From a virus (taxonomy: Duplodnaviria > Caudoviricetes): a stretch of DNA of 24,375 nucleotides. The position numbers and the translations under genes are program-made. The notes under the pieces are model-generated. The model was not told where the DNA came from, made no database searches, and was given only the letters and a program-made list of their open reading frames with translations. The stretch covers positions 1 to 24,375 of IMG/VR virus record IMGVR_UViG_3300025889_000915; one strand, given 5' to 3'. Shown here in pieces: positions 15,680 to 23,631 of this stretch (the stretch's first letter is position 1; the number at the start of each line of letters is the position of its first letter).

Positions 15680-16715
15680 CACTCCCACCTTTCTGTGCCT
15701 CGTCCAGATTGTCAATCGCGTCTTGAGCCATATTCTGCCAGATATTGCACATTTCAGGGTCTGAACCTGCATATTTTCGCAACACCTCCACACAATCGCG
15801 CATTGCGTAATAAATTTTCTGCGCATCTGCACAAGACTTCTCGTAACCGTGTTCCTCTGTGTAATGCCCACCGTCACCGTGAATGACTGCAAGGATGTCG
15901 CGCATTGCGTCACGCTCTGCCTCAGCTTTAGCTAATGCCTTGCTGAGATTGTTCCAGTCTCTGCCACTCGCGCGTTCCCGTTTTAACTGTGCCAACTCTG
16001 CCTGTGCGTCACATCGCAATTCCTCTGCTCTGTCTCGTGCGTTGCGCTCTACATTAAAATCTTTCTGCAACTTTTCTGCCTCTGCCTCTGCGCTTATTCT
16101 TGCTGTGCGCTCCGATTTAAAATGTCGCGCCCAATCATTGGACGATTTTTTGTATTCATCACGCTCGCCCACCAACTTCTCGATGTGTGGGCGCACATCC
16201 AAATCTATAAATCTTTTCACGCTATAAGTAACCTCAGGGATAAACCTTGCAGTAGATGCTTCACGCAACTCCCCCATTATCGCGTCAACACTCACAGATT
16301 CCACCTCTGCGCCTCCTGTCGATACCATAGGCGGAGTCGAATCGCGCCCATCAGATACATCCTTACTACTTTGTGGTTCATCCTGTGCCTCCTGTGTATC
16401 GCCCTTTAATGGCCCTCGCAATCTCAACTTGCTCCACGCCTCATCAAACTCACGCTCTCGTCGTTCCTGCTCAGACACTATGCCCTGAGTGTGGATGTGG
16501 CTCACCTCCTCCGTATCACCCGTGTCGATACGGGCATTAATAAGTAGGTCTTGTAATTTTGTGCATCGCTCACCATTGGTGGTAGTCTCTACCAATATCC
16601 CAAGCACATCACATAGCCCGTTGTGGGCTTGTTCGAGTGCCTCAATACGCCTTTTTAATTTCATATCCACACCAAGAGCGTTGTACGCCCCTGAAGAACT
16701 ATTTCCTATTGGCAT
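15672..16715 (-). CDS. Coiled-coil hypothetical protein
   Basis: 347 aa, AGGAG RBS; coiled coils, plus a 'LAVIHGDGGHY....G' segment near the C-terminus. Confidence 0.75.
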   Translation of the reverse strand: MPIGNSSSGAYNALGVDMKLKRRIEALEQAHNGLCDVLGILVETTTNGERCTKLQDLLINARIDTGDTEEVSHIHTQGIVSEQERREREFDEAWSKLRLRGPLKGDTQEAQDEPQSSKDVSDGRDSTPPMVSTGGAEVESVSVDAIMGELREASTARFIPEVTYSVKRFIDLDVRPHIEKLVGERDEYKKSSNDWARHFKSERTARISAEAEAEKLQKDFNVERNARDRAEELRCDAQAELAQLKRERASGRDWNNLSKALAKAEAERDAMRDILAVIHGDGGHYTEEHGYEKSCADAQKIYYAMRDCVEVLRKYAGSDPEMCNIWQNMAQDAIDNLDEAQKGGSDG

Positions 16716-17097
16716 TGTTTTCTCCTGTTTGTTTTAATTTTCTCCACCCAAAACGATTCCACGATTCTATCGCATCCACCACATCACACAGCGCGTTGTG
16801 GGCTTTGTCGAGTTTCTTGAGCGTATCGTGATACAGATTGATCTGGAATGATTGTAACGCACTCACGCAACCCTCCAACTCATCAATGCGCTCAACCAGC
16901 AATTCGTTGCACTGGTCGAGATTGTATATGCGATGTTCAAGTTCTTCATTCATTCGCGTGTTCGCACCCACGTTTACATCTACTTGCTTCTCAAGTCTCT
17001 CTATGCGCCCACTTCGCAACTCAGACAATCGCGCCAACCCATCAACTTGTAATTGCAATGCATCAATGCGCTGTTCAAGTTCTTCATTCGTTGCCAT
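16699..17097 (-). CDS. Coiled-coil protein with internal repeats
   Basis: 132 aa; NEELE[Q/H]RI twice; GAGGG RBS. Confidence 0.75.
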   Translation of the reverse strand: MATNEELEQRIDALQLQVDGLARLSELRSGRIERLEKQVDVNVGANTRMNEELEHRIYNLDQCNELLVERIDELEGCVSALQSFQINLYHDTLKKLDKAHNALCDVVDAIESWNRFGWRKLKQTGENNANRK

Positions 17098-17114
17098 CTT
17101 TAAACCCTCTCGTT

Positions 17115-17150
17115 AATATGCAAATAAATAACTATTATTGTCAACAATAA
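17115..17150 (-). promoter_or_regulatory. Promoter with a palindromic operator over the -35 box
   Basis: TTGACA (17144-17139), 18 bp, CATATT (17120-17115); palindrome TTATTG-TCAA-CAATAA at 17135-17150. Confidence 0.55.
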
Positions 17151-17169
17151 AGTTGTAAATGGTATATTT

Positions 17170-17586
17170 TTATTTAAAGTTGCCCCATTTGTCGGCAACA
17201 ATAATCTTCATATCTCGTTGCATCTGCAATGCTTCGTTGTAGCTGTCGTCACCAAGAAATGTTCTTAACTCATTCGGGTGAACCATCCTTACCAACTCTC
17301 TGTCGTGGACACCATGCCCTGTCAGTAAGCCTTTGCCTCCCTCTTTAACATTGATGCTCCAAAGGTCAAAGTTGGTGGTATATCTCAGCAACGTATCACC
17401 CAACTTTACCATTGCCTCTACCTTTACTGTTGGTACACCAAAGCCTGATGTTCTTATTGGTGGTTCAAGTATGCGTATTATCTGCGGTGGGATTTTCATA
17501 CCGCTACTGTCTGTGCCGATAACGTGGTAATATTCGTCTACCATAATGTCGCTCAGTCGTGACACTGTGACTTTTTTATCTGGCAT
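17170..17586 (-). CDS. Hypothetical protein
   Basis: 138 aa, AGGGGG RBS. Confidence 0.7.
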   Translation of the reverse strand: MPDKKVTVSRLSDIMVDEYYHVIGTDSSGMKIPPQIIRILEPPIRTSGFGVPTVKVEAMVKLGDTLLRYTTNFDLWSINVKEGGKGLLTGHGVHDRELVRMVHPNELRTFLGDDSYNEALQMQRDMKIIVADKWGNFK

Positions 17587-17594
17587 TGTTCCCC

Positions 17595-18083
17595 CTATAC
17601 GTTTAAAATTTGCCTTTTAAGCATATTTTCTTGTGCGCGTTTCCTTACTACTATTGGTTCTAATTTTTGCATGATAAGTCTGCCCCTTTCGCTCAATCCC
17701 CCTTTGCGCTCTAATTTCGTAAACTCTCCAAAGCAAGCAACGATTAGGGTGATTGCGTCTGTTCCCACAGGGTCGTTGTTTAATTCTTCCTCCGTCACAC
17801 CACGGTTAATCTTTGCCCTCTCGACCGCTTCTTCTGTACTTAATCTTGACCTCTCAGCTTTTAGGTTGGATGCCTGAGATTTTAACACCTCCATGACGTT
17901 TTTTAATCGCTCCCTCTCCTCAATGTTTTTTTCATAAATAGGCCCATTTTTCTTTCCTGTTTTTATGATACGGTTTATCTCTGCTTGCTTGCTCCCTGTT
18001 TCACATATTTGTTTCCCAAGTTTCTTGCTTGTCTCCAAATTACTATCTAACACCTTGCGTATACGTAACAATTCCTCCGTCAT
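17595..18083 (-). CDS. Coiled-coil hypothetical protein
   Basis: 162 aa, AGGGGG RBS, charged heptads. Confidence 0.7.
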   Translation of the reverse strand: MTEELLRIRKVLDSNLETSKKLGKQICETGSKQAEINRIIKTGKKNGPIYEKNIEERERLKNVMEVLKSQASNLKAERSRLSTEEAVERAKINRGVTEEELNNDPVGTDAITLIVACFGEFTKLERKGGLSERGRLIMQKLEPIVVRKRAQENMLKRQILNV

Positions 18084-18093
18084 TGTCTACCCC

Positions 18094-19053
18094 CTACGGT
18101 ATTGCCAACATGTGATTTCTGCGTCCTTCACGATCTCCAATAACACACAACTCGTCAAACAGTTCCATATCAATGAACGCCTCTTGTCCTGTCGTCCACC
18201 GATTCTCCCACAGGCGCAGATATTCCGATGGGCGTGTCTCTGCTCGTGCCGCCGCAAGAAACTCTGGTGTGTGCCAGGGCATACGTGCCACGTGGTCCCA
18301 ATATGCAAACGTGCTACCATCCACATAACACGGCAAATCTTCCAAGCCTTTCGCCTTGATACCCATATATTCTTCTGTCTCAGTGTCAGGCTTAAGGCAT
18401 CTCTCATAGATTCCGTACAGAAGGTTAGATATTCCATAATATCCTGCATACGTCACAACTAAGCGCGTTGAGTGTGGTATGGTAGGGATTGGTTGCATTT
18501 CTTCCCAAAAATTCTCATCCTCTACCGTTTTATATCCCCATATTTCATCAAACACCACCAAGCTGTTCTGTGCTCCTGCCTCACCTGCGGAGTCAACTGC
18601 AAGTGCTTTTATGGTTGCGTAGGGCAGTCGATTTTTTTGGTGGCGGTCTGTCTTTGGGTCTGCTAACTCAATAATATCGTAATTGTGTCTCAGCACCTCA
18701 TTGTCGTATCGTTGTTTGTTTTTCATCTTCAACCAATCCAGCGACTTATAAATTCTATCAAACATTCGGCCTGATGATTGGTCTTTGTCATTAGCACAAG
18801 AATAAATTTCCCCCCCAAAGTGTCGCGCCCAAGCGTAGGCAATACCTGCGGCGATTTCTGTCTTGCCCGACTTTTTGGGCATTGACAATATTACAGTCCT
18901 GTATGGCATGCGCCCATCTTTGCGCGGAGTGAATACGTGATTAAGTATGCGCGTCTGAAAATCCTCCAACTTCATGGGTTTGCCCGTTTCTGGTAGCACA
19001 TAATCATTCGCCAATATGTGGGCAATCTTGTTTTGATATTTTCTTGGTGGCAT
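18094..19053 (-). CDS. terL: Terminase large subunit, stand-alone ATPase domain (Terminase_1 / HK97-like type)
   Basis: GKP..L..FQ (Q motif), YRT..LSMPKKSGKT (Walker A), EIYSCAND.DQ, LVVFDEI (Walker B), VTYAG (coupling motif), 'YLRLWENRW....AFIDMELFD' lid/linker, then a stop at 319 aa with no nuclease domain. Confidence 0.9.
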   Translation of the reverse strand: MPPRKYQNKIAHILANDYVLPETGKPMKLEDFQTRILNHVFTPRKDGRMPYRTVILSMPKKSGKTEIAAGIAYAWARHFGGEIYSCANDKDQSSGRMFDRIYKSLDWLKMKNKQRYDNEVLRHNYDIIELADPKTDRHQKNRLPYATIKALAVDSAGEAGAQNSLVVFDEIWGYKTVEDENFWEEMQPIPTIPHSTRLVVTYAGYYGISNLLYGIYERCLKPDTETEEYMGIKAKGLEDLPCYVDGSTFAYWDHVARMPWHTPEFLAAARAETRPSEYLRLWENRWTTGQEAFIDMELFDELCVIGDREGRRNHMLAIP

Positions 19054-19055
19054 CC

Positions 19056-19379
19056 TTAATCCTCCTCCTCGTGCATATTTATTTGTTCGTAATCGCCATA
19101 ATCTTCGATGACTTTATCGACGTGATACCCACTATTCATCTCTAAGACACCCCTATTGTTAAACATGTAATCGTGTGACCAAGGGCCAAACATTTCATGA
19201 CCCTCGTGTTCTTCAAGGACTTGTCTTAAATTCTGGTTGCCACGCCGTTTTTTTAAATCGTCTGGTTTGGCATCATACTCTGCAAGCGTAGAAGCATAAA
19301 TCCACCCCGAATAAGAATTGTAACCCAAGTAATAATTTTTCTTACACGTTTTGCAGGTCATATTACTGTCGCGTCCCAT
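19056..19379 (-). CDS. Hypothetical protein (CxxC...H.GH zinc-binding pattern)
   Basis: 107 aa; CKTCKK.YYLG and EHEGHE. Confidence 0.7.
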   Translation of the reverse strand: MGRDSNMTCKTCKKNYYLGYNSYSGWIYASTLAEYDAKPDDLKKRRGNQNLRQVLEEHEGHEMFGPWSHDYMFNNRGVLEMNSGYHVDKVIEDYGDYEQINMHEEED

Positions 19380-19386
19380 ATCATTC

Positions 19387-19590
19387 TTAGCCTTTTGTTT
19401 TATTGTTCATACACTCTAACATCAAGTCTATAACGTCTGTCAGTGCTACCGCTATGTCTTTGATGGCAACTTCGTTCCGACAATGCCGTAGCGTATCATT
19501 ACCAAGCCCAATCCTGTCTATGTCTTGCATCACCAGATCGCATCGGGTTCTTGTTCTTTCCAGTCTACTTATTACTTCAGAGTGTTCCAT
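19387..19590 (-). CDS. Hypothetical protein
   Basis: 67 aa, operon packing. Confidence 0.6.
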   Translation of the reverse strand: MEHSEVISRLERTRTRCDLVMQDIDRIGLGNDTLRHCRNEVAIKDIAVALTDVIDLMLECMNNKTKG

Positions 19591-19591
19591 A

Positions 19592-20371
19592 TCAATACCC
19601 CGTTATCTTATTGGTTGATCGTTCTTCCCGAAACTCATCTCTCGGCTTTGGAGGTTTAGACCTTTCCATCTCTGCCATTACCAACCATATCGCCTGTGTA
19701 ACCTCTGGCATAGACTCCTGAGTGATCTCCTGACGCGCCACCTTGTTCTTGAAATTGCTCGGCAGATACAGTCTTGGTACGGGTTTGTCGTCACTGCCCA
19801 CAATTTCCTCGCCCGTATCAGGGTTTCGTGCGTTGGTTGCCAATATGTTCTCTATGCCCCTGTGTGCTGACTCAGCGTGGGGGATTGCCATTGTCCTTAC
19901 CGATGCTGTCATGCTCTTGTCTCTGAATGTTGCCCATCGCGCCTTGCACTCTGCCCTGTGCATGTCCTTCTGGTATCGCGTAAGACCTTCTAAGCGTTGC
20001 AATGCTTGAGACAAGTGTATAGGCTGGTCGGGTGCGATCACCTGCGACACGTAATACCTGTCCTTCAGGGCGATGATCTTGTCAAACAACTCGTTAGCTG
20101 TTGCGCTCTCTGCCTCGTCGATAATGACATACACCCTCTCATCGGGCATATCGCTACGACTGTAATACACCCTCTCTGCCAACACACATGCGTAGCCATG
20201 CCCCGTCTTTCTGTTTTGCATTGCCGCGTCGGGATATGTAGCCCCTACCCATACGCGCCTTGCCTCTAAGTCGTAAATCAGTGGGTTGCCATCATCGTCG
20301 TGACCCAACATTGGCGAGTGGTATCGAAGTATCAGCCCCCCGTCAAATCGTTCCGTCGCTAAATGTATCAA
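19592..20371 (-). CDS. Putative degenerate terminase nuclease-like (RNase H fold) protein
   Basis: 259 aa; beta-beta-beta-alpha pattern VWVGATYP / YACVLA / VYVIIDE / ELFDKI..L, 'GIE.I...PRLY...N...E', C-terminal TGY; expected catalytic Asps absent. Confidence 0.5.
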   Translation of the reverse strand: MIHLATERFDGGLILRYHSPMLGHDDDGNPLIYDLEARRVWVGATYPDAAMQNRKTGHGYACVLAERVYYSRSDMPDERVYVIIDEAESATANELFDKIIALKDRYYVSQVIAPDQPIHLSQALQRLEGLTRYQKDMHRAECKARWATFRDKSMTASVRTMAIPHAESAHRGIENILATNARNPDTGEEIVGSDDKPVPRLYLPSNFKNKVARQEITQESMPEVTQAIWLVMAEMERSKPPKPRDEFREERSTNKITGY

Positions 20372-21132
20372 AACAACTCCTTCCCAAAAAATGTCAATGG
20401 TCTGCTGTCACAGCTTACAAGCAACTCTTTAGCCTTTTTGCCGTGTTTTTTTCGCATCTTGTTCAATGCTACCTCTTTGATCTGCCTGATGCGCTCTCTC
20501 GTAAGGCATAGACGTTTACCTATGGCATCTAAACGCTCACCCATATAGAAGTAGCTGTATATCACCTCTGCCTCACGAGCAGACAACAACTCCAACATCT
20601 GCGATATACTTTCACTCATATCGTCATACACATCGTCGTTACAGGGTATTTCTTCTGCATAGTCCGTGTCATACTCCGCACTGCCCCTAACAGGTGGTGA
20701 GTGGCCTGTCACAGCACAGTTGTATTGGTGGTCATCCCACCCCAAATCAATAGCACATTCGTACAAGTCCATACCCGTTGACTTGGAATGGGCGATGAGC
20801 ACTTGGTAGTCTTTGATGCGATTGACAGGCTTATGCACAACAAGGTCTTGTTCCATACACCGCATTATGCACCGATCTATCCACCAGCGGGCGAATGAGA
20901 TAAACTTCAGGTTACGTGACTTGTCAAATCTTCTTGACGCAATAACAAGACCTTCCATACCTGCACCTACTAAGTCTTGCATTTCGACGCTTCTCGCCTT
21001 TTGCTTGTGTGCCTCCCAATACATCTTTGCCCTTGTGAGAGCAAAGGGTATGCTTGCCTCTACCAACTGGTTTTCTGTCATATCCTTCTCATCTGCCAAT
21101 GTTGGTGGCACGTAGTCTTTAATTCTTATCAT
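20368..21132 (-). CDS. RNA polymerase sigma-70 family factor (RpoD/RpoS-like, short form)
   Basis: Region 2 DLVGAG.EGL..A..RFD..R..KFISFA.WWI; region 4 LS.RE..VI..YF...L..IG....LTRERIRQIKE.AL.K.R. Confidence 0.92.
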   Translation of the reverse strand: MIRIKDYVPPTLADEKDMTENQLVEASIPFALTRAKMYWEAHKQKARSVEMQDLVGAGMEGLVIASRRFDKSRNLKFISFARWWIDRCIMRCMEQDLVVHKPVNRIKDYQVLIAHSKSTGMDLYECAIDLGWDDHQYNCAVTGHSPPVRGSAEYDTDYAEEIPCNDDVYDDMSESISQMLELLSAREAEVIYSYFYMGERLDAIGKRLCLTRERIRQIKEVALNKMRKKHGKKAKELLVSCDSRPLTFFGKELF

Positions 21133-21141
21133 TGCCTGCCC

Positions 21142-21354
21142 CTAATAAACGGTTATCACTCTCTGGTCTGCATCGACCAACAATGTCATATCTCCCGACT
21201 TGTAAACCTCCAGACCTGTTGGCTTCGTGTCGTAATGCTCTGCCGTTCTTGTGATGCCCACAAGTTGGTCTATGGCGTGTCGTCTGCTGGCACCATTAAA
21301 CCTTTTGATGTATTGGTCTACTGCGTGTTTGGTGATATACCATCGTCCTGTCAT
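21142..21354 (-). CDS. Small protein, RelE/DUF4258-like pattern
   Basis: Start ATG 21354 overlaps the stop of the TerL nuclease gene; ITKHA..Y..R ... VITVY, 70 aa. Confidence 0.55.
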   Translation of the reverse strand: MTGRWYITKHAVDQYIKRFNGASRRHAIDQLVGITRTAEHYDTKPTGLEVYKSGDMTLLVDADQRVITVY

Positions 21355-21911
21355 GGCAATGCCAGTATTGAGCGTGAGTGGATGCCTTCTGAATAACTCG
21401 GATGGTGGTGGTGTTGCAACGACTCGGCACATGCGTATATCGCCATAGCTTCAGCAATCACTACGTCGATGTGCTTTGTCTGTTTGTTCTTCTTAATACT
21501 GAACCCTCGCTCACCGGCTCTTGCCACTGCCCATGAGTAGTGGTTGCGTCGTATATTATCCGTGTATTGGATATACTTTTTTGACCTCATGTGCTCATGC
21601 AACACGTTACTAAATGCCACATTTTCTGATGATTGGTTGATCTTTCGTAACAAATGCTCATACCCCTCGTTGACAAGTCGTTGCGACTCACTGATAAATT
21701 GGTAGGGGTCAAATGCCAAGCATCCGATACGTTGGTTTTTTAATAGGTGGGTCAATGTGGGCAGTACCTGATTGGGTATGTTTACGGGTGGTTCCCAAAT
21801 ACGATGCCCCCACAATACCATACGATCTTCTTCTTGGTACACACCTGCCAATGCCGCCGTGTCTCGCTCTGTGGCGATGTCCAAGCCCAGGTAAATTACA
21901 GGGTCACTCAT
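21351..21911 (-). CDS. terL: Terminase large subunit, stand-alone nuclease domain (Terminase_1 type)
   Basis: YLGLDIA..RD.AA, AFDPYQ, 'Q', 'IKK.K..KHIDVVIA.AMA' with the acidic catalytic residues present; start ATG 21911 (ATGA overlap) or 21920. Confidence 0.88.
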   Translation of the reverse strand: MSDPVIYLGLDIATERDTAALAGVYQEEDRMVLWGHRIWEPPVNIPNQVLPTLTHLLKNQRIGCLAFDPYQFISESQRLVNEGYEHLLRKINQSSENVAFSNVLHEHMRSKKYIQYTDNIRRNHYSWAVARAGERGFSIKKNKQTKHIDVVIAEAMAIYACAESLQHHHHPSYSEGIHSRSILALP

Positions 21912-22192
21912 AGCGCACATGTGTTTTGGTTAAATGTGGGGTTGATTGTTGATACGATTAGCATTTCTTCAAGTTTGGCTTGGTGTGTTGGATATGCGTG
22001 TGCTTCATCAAATGCTATCCGGCCCTCTAATGTGTGTTGTCTTACTCGCTGTTCTGGATTAACACTCTGCCCTACATACACAATCTCTCCTTGGTTCGAC
22101 AAAAAGTATAAATACCCCATTGTCATATCATCCTCTACGCGAATTTTAAACATTTCTTTCGATAGCTGTTTTTCCAAATCTTTAATATTCAT
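21908..22192 (-). CDS. GIY-YIG nuclease-domain protein
   Basis: GYLYFL....IVYVGQS.N...RV.QH...E..LI....P.FN; likely start ATG 22192. Confidence 0.85.
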   Translation of the reverse strand: MNIKDLEKQLSKEMFKIRVEDDMTMGYLYFLSNQGEIVYVGQSVNPEQRVRQHTLEGRIAFDEAHAYPTHQAKLEEMLIVSTINPTFNQNTCAL

Positions 22193-22563
22193 TCTACCCC
22201 CCATACGCTGACGATTGTTCTCGGATTTTCTTTGTCTTGAAACTTTCTTGCCTCCATAAGCACGACTTGAGAATCATCTTTATACACAACCTTGTTGATC
22301 GCATCGCCCACAACTTTTACGAGATTGTCTAAGTCGGGTGTTGCCGTTGCTCTTCTCTCTACGTGGAATGTCATCGTCACGCACACTGGACACTCAAAAG
22401 GCTTTTGTTTGGCTTGTAGCATTGTTATGTGTGCGATCTGCTTTATACGATCTTCTGCTTTTTTCGTGGCATCAGGGGTGTATGTGGTAGATTTGTTGCC
22501 CCTGCGAACTGTGCGTGGTCTTTGCTTGGGTTGTGGTTTGCCCGGTATCGTAAATGTTATCAA
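22189..22563 (-). CDS. rusA: RusA-family Holliday junction resolvase
   Basis: FTIPGKP.PK.RPR, YTP..T, PDLDNLVK...DA.N.V.YKDDSQVV....K. Confidence 0.92.
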   Translation of the reverse strand: MITFTIPGKPQPKQRPRTVRRGNKSTTYTPDATKKAEDRIKQIAHITMLQAKQKPFECPVCVTMTFHVERRATATPDLDNLVKVVGDAINKVVYKDDSQVVLMEARKFQDKENPRTIVSVWGVE

Positions 22564-22747
22564 GTGGTTTCTCCCGTATCATCCTGTGTGCTGTTTCGTA
22601 ATCGGTGTCCCATTCCTTCGCTAAAATCCTCACAAAAGGCACTGTCAACCCACGATCTACCAACTTTTCATAATTGCGTGGACCCTTACGTCTGAGCCGA
22701 TAGTTGGGTTGCTGTGTCAGGTGGTGCACATATGGCGCAATCTTCAT
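22472..22747 (-). CDS. Hypothetical protein
   Basis: Strong AGGAGG RBS and ATGA coupling; 3' end overlaps rusA by 92 bp. Confidence 0.55.
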   Translation of the reverse strand: MKIAPYVHHLTQQPNYRLRRKGPRNYEKLVDRGLTVPFVRILAKEWDTDYETAHRMIREKPLDNIYDTGQTTTQAKTTHSSQGQQIYHIHP

Positions 22748-22944
22748 TTAAACCTCCTATTCACATACACGATGTCTGGTATTTCTCTGTCGCTGAACAA
22801 TGCCACCTTGTAGTGCGTGTTAGCGAAATATGCCATTGCTTTCTCAGCGTTTGTTGGTTCGTCCTCGCTCGTTCCCACTTCTTCCATCTCTCGTAGCAAC
22901 ACTGCCCCTGACTGTGGTGTCTGTCTCCCGTATATCTTCACCAT
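22744..22944 (-). CDS. Hypothetical protein
   Basis: 66 aa, TAATG coupling with the upstream gene. Confidence 0.6.
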   Translation of the reverse strand: MVKIYGRQTPQSGAVLLREMEEVGTSEDEPTNAEKAMAYFANTHYKVALFSDREIPDIVYVNRRFK

Positions 22945-23255
22945 TAGGCCACCCCTTCTGTGGATGCAATGCCCCTATCGCTGTTGTCGGGTTCTTCGGG
23001 TTTACTATCACTGTTAGCCTCCAATATGTTTTCGATCTGTCCCCATACCCCTGCGCCCATCAGACTTCTGATACAAAACTGACGACGCTCTGCGTCACCT
23101 GCTGTCAATGCGTTGTGTATGACGATGCACCTGCGCCTACGTGTCTCCTGTGCATCCATACACATATTTTCTTCACCGTGTGACTTGTTCCACCCTGCTA
23201 AACTTTTGTCTGCTCTCGACCAATCCAGCTTGTCGTATAAGTCGCCTATTGTCAT
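22944..23255 (-). CDS. Hypothetical protein
   Basis: Likely start ATG 23255 (AGGAG RBS); alternative start 23291. Confidence 0.6.
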   Translation of the reverse strand: MTIGDLYDKLDWSRADKSLAGWNKSHGEENMCMDAQETRRRRCIVIHNALTAGDAERRQFCIRSLMGAGVWGQIENILEANSDSKPEEPDNSDRGIASTEGVA

Positions 23256-23316
23256 AGTTGCACTCCTATTCAGAATTGGTATATCGTGCAATGGTCATCT
23301 TGGTAGTATGGTTCAA

Positions 23317-23631
23317 TCATAGTTGCCTACCTTGTTTGAATGACTCTATCATTCGTTCACGCTCTCTCTCGTAATACTGCTTCATACGCCACTCCAATCG
23401 TTGCACATCTTCAGGCGTTAAATGCGGTGGTTTAGATTTAAGCATCATCCGACACCTTCCCGACTTCCACCAATGAATCCCGTTTTCCTCACCGTCATAC
23501 TCTATCTTTGTACCCCTGTTACCGTCTGCATTTGCCCACCAATGCGCCTCTGAGCGTATGTCTGGTGGTGTGTCGCTGGCAGTAAGCGCAAGGGCAGTCT
23601 TTCCAATCATTCTGGCAATGTCATAAGCCAT
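23317..23631 (-). CDS. Hypothetical protein
   Basis: 104 aa, GAGGA RBS. Confidence 0.65.
   Translation of the reverse strand: MAYDIARMIGKTALALTASDTPPDIRSEAHWWANADGNRGTKIEYDGEENGIHWWKSGRCRMMLKSKPPHLTPEDVQRLEWRMKQYYERERERMIESFKQGRQL

Noticed and set aside
18087-18449. 120-aa minus-strand ORF overlapping the ATPase 3' end as a frameshifted TerL continuation
   Set aside because: No nuclease motifs and it ends only 7 nt beyond the ATPase stop.
19054-21350. Intron or intein explaining the interrupted terL
   Set aside because: The halves are in reverse order, the interval is filled with ordinary coupled genes, and no intein terminal (HN-C/S/T) or group I/II intron features are seen.
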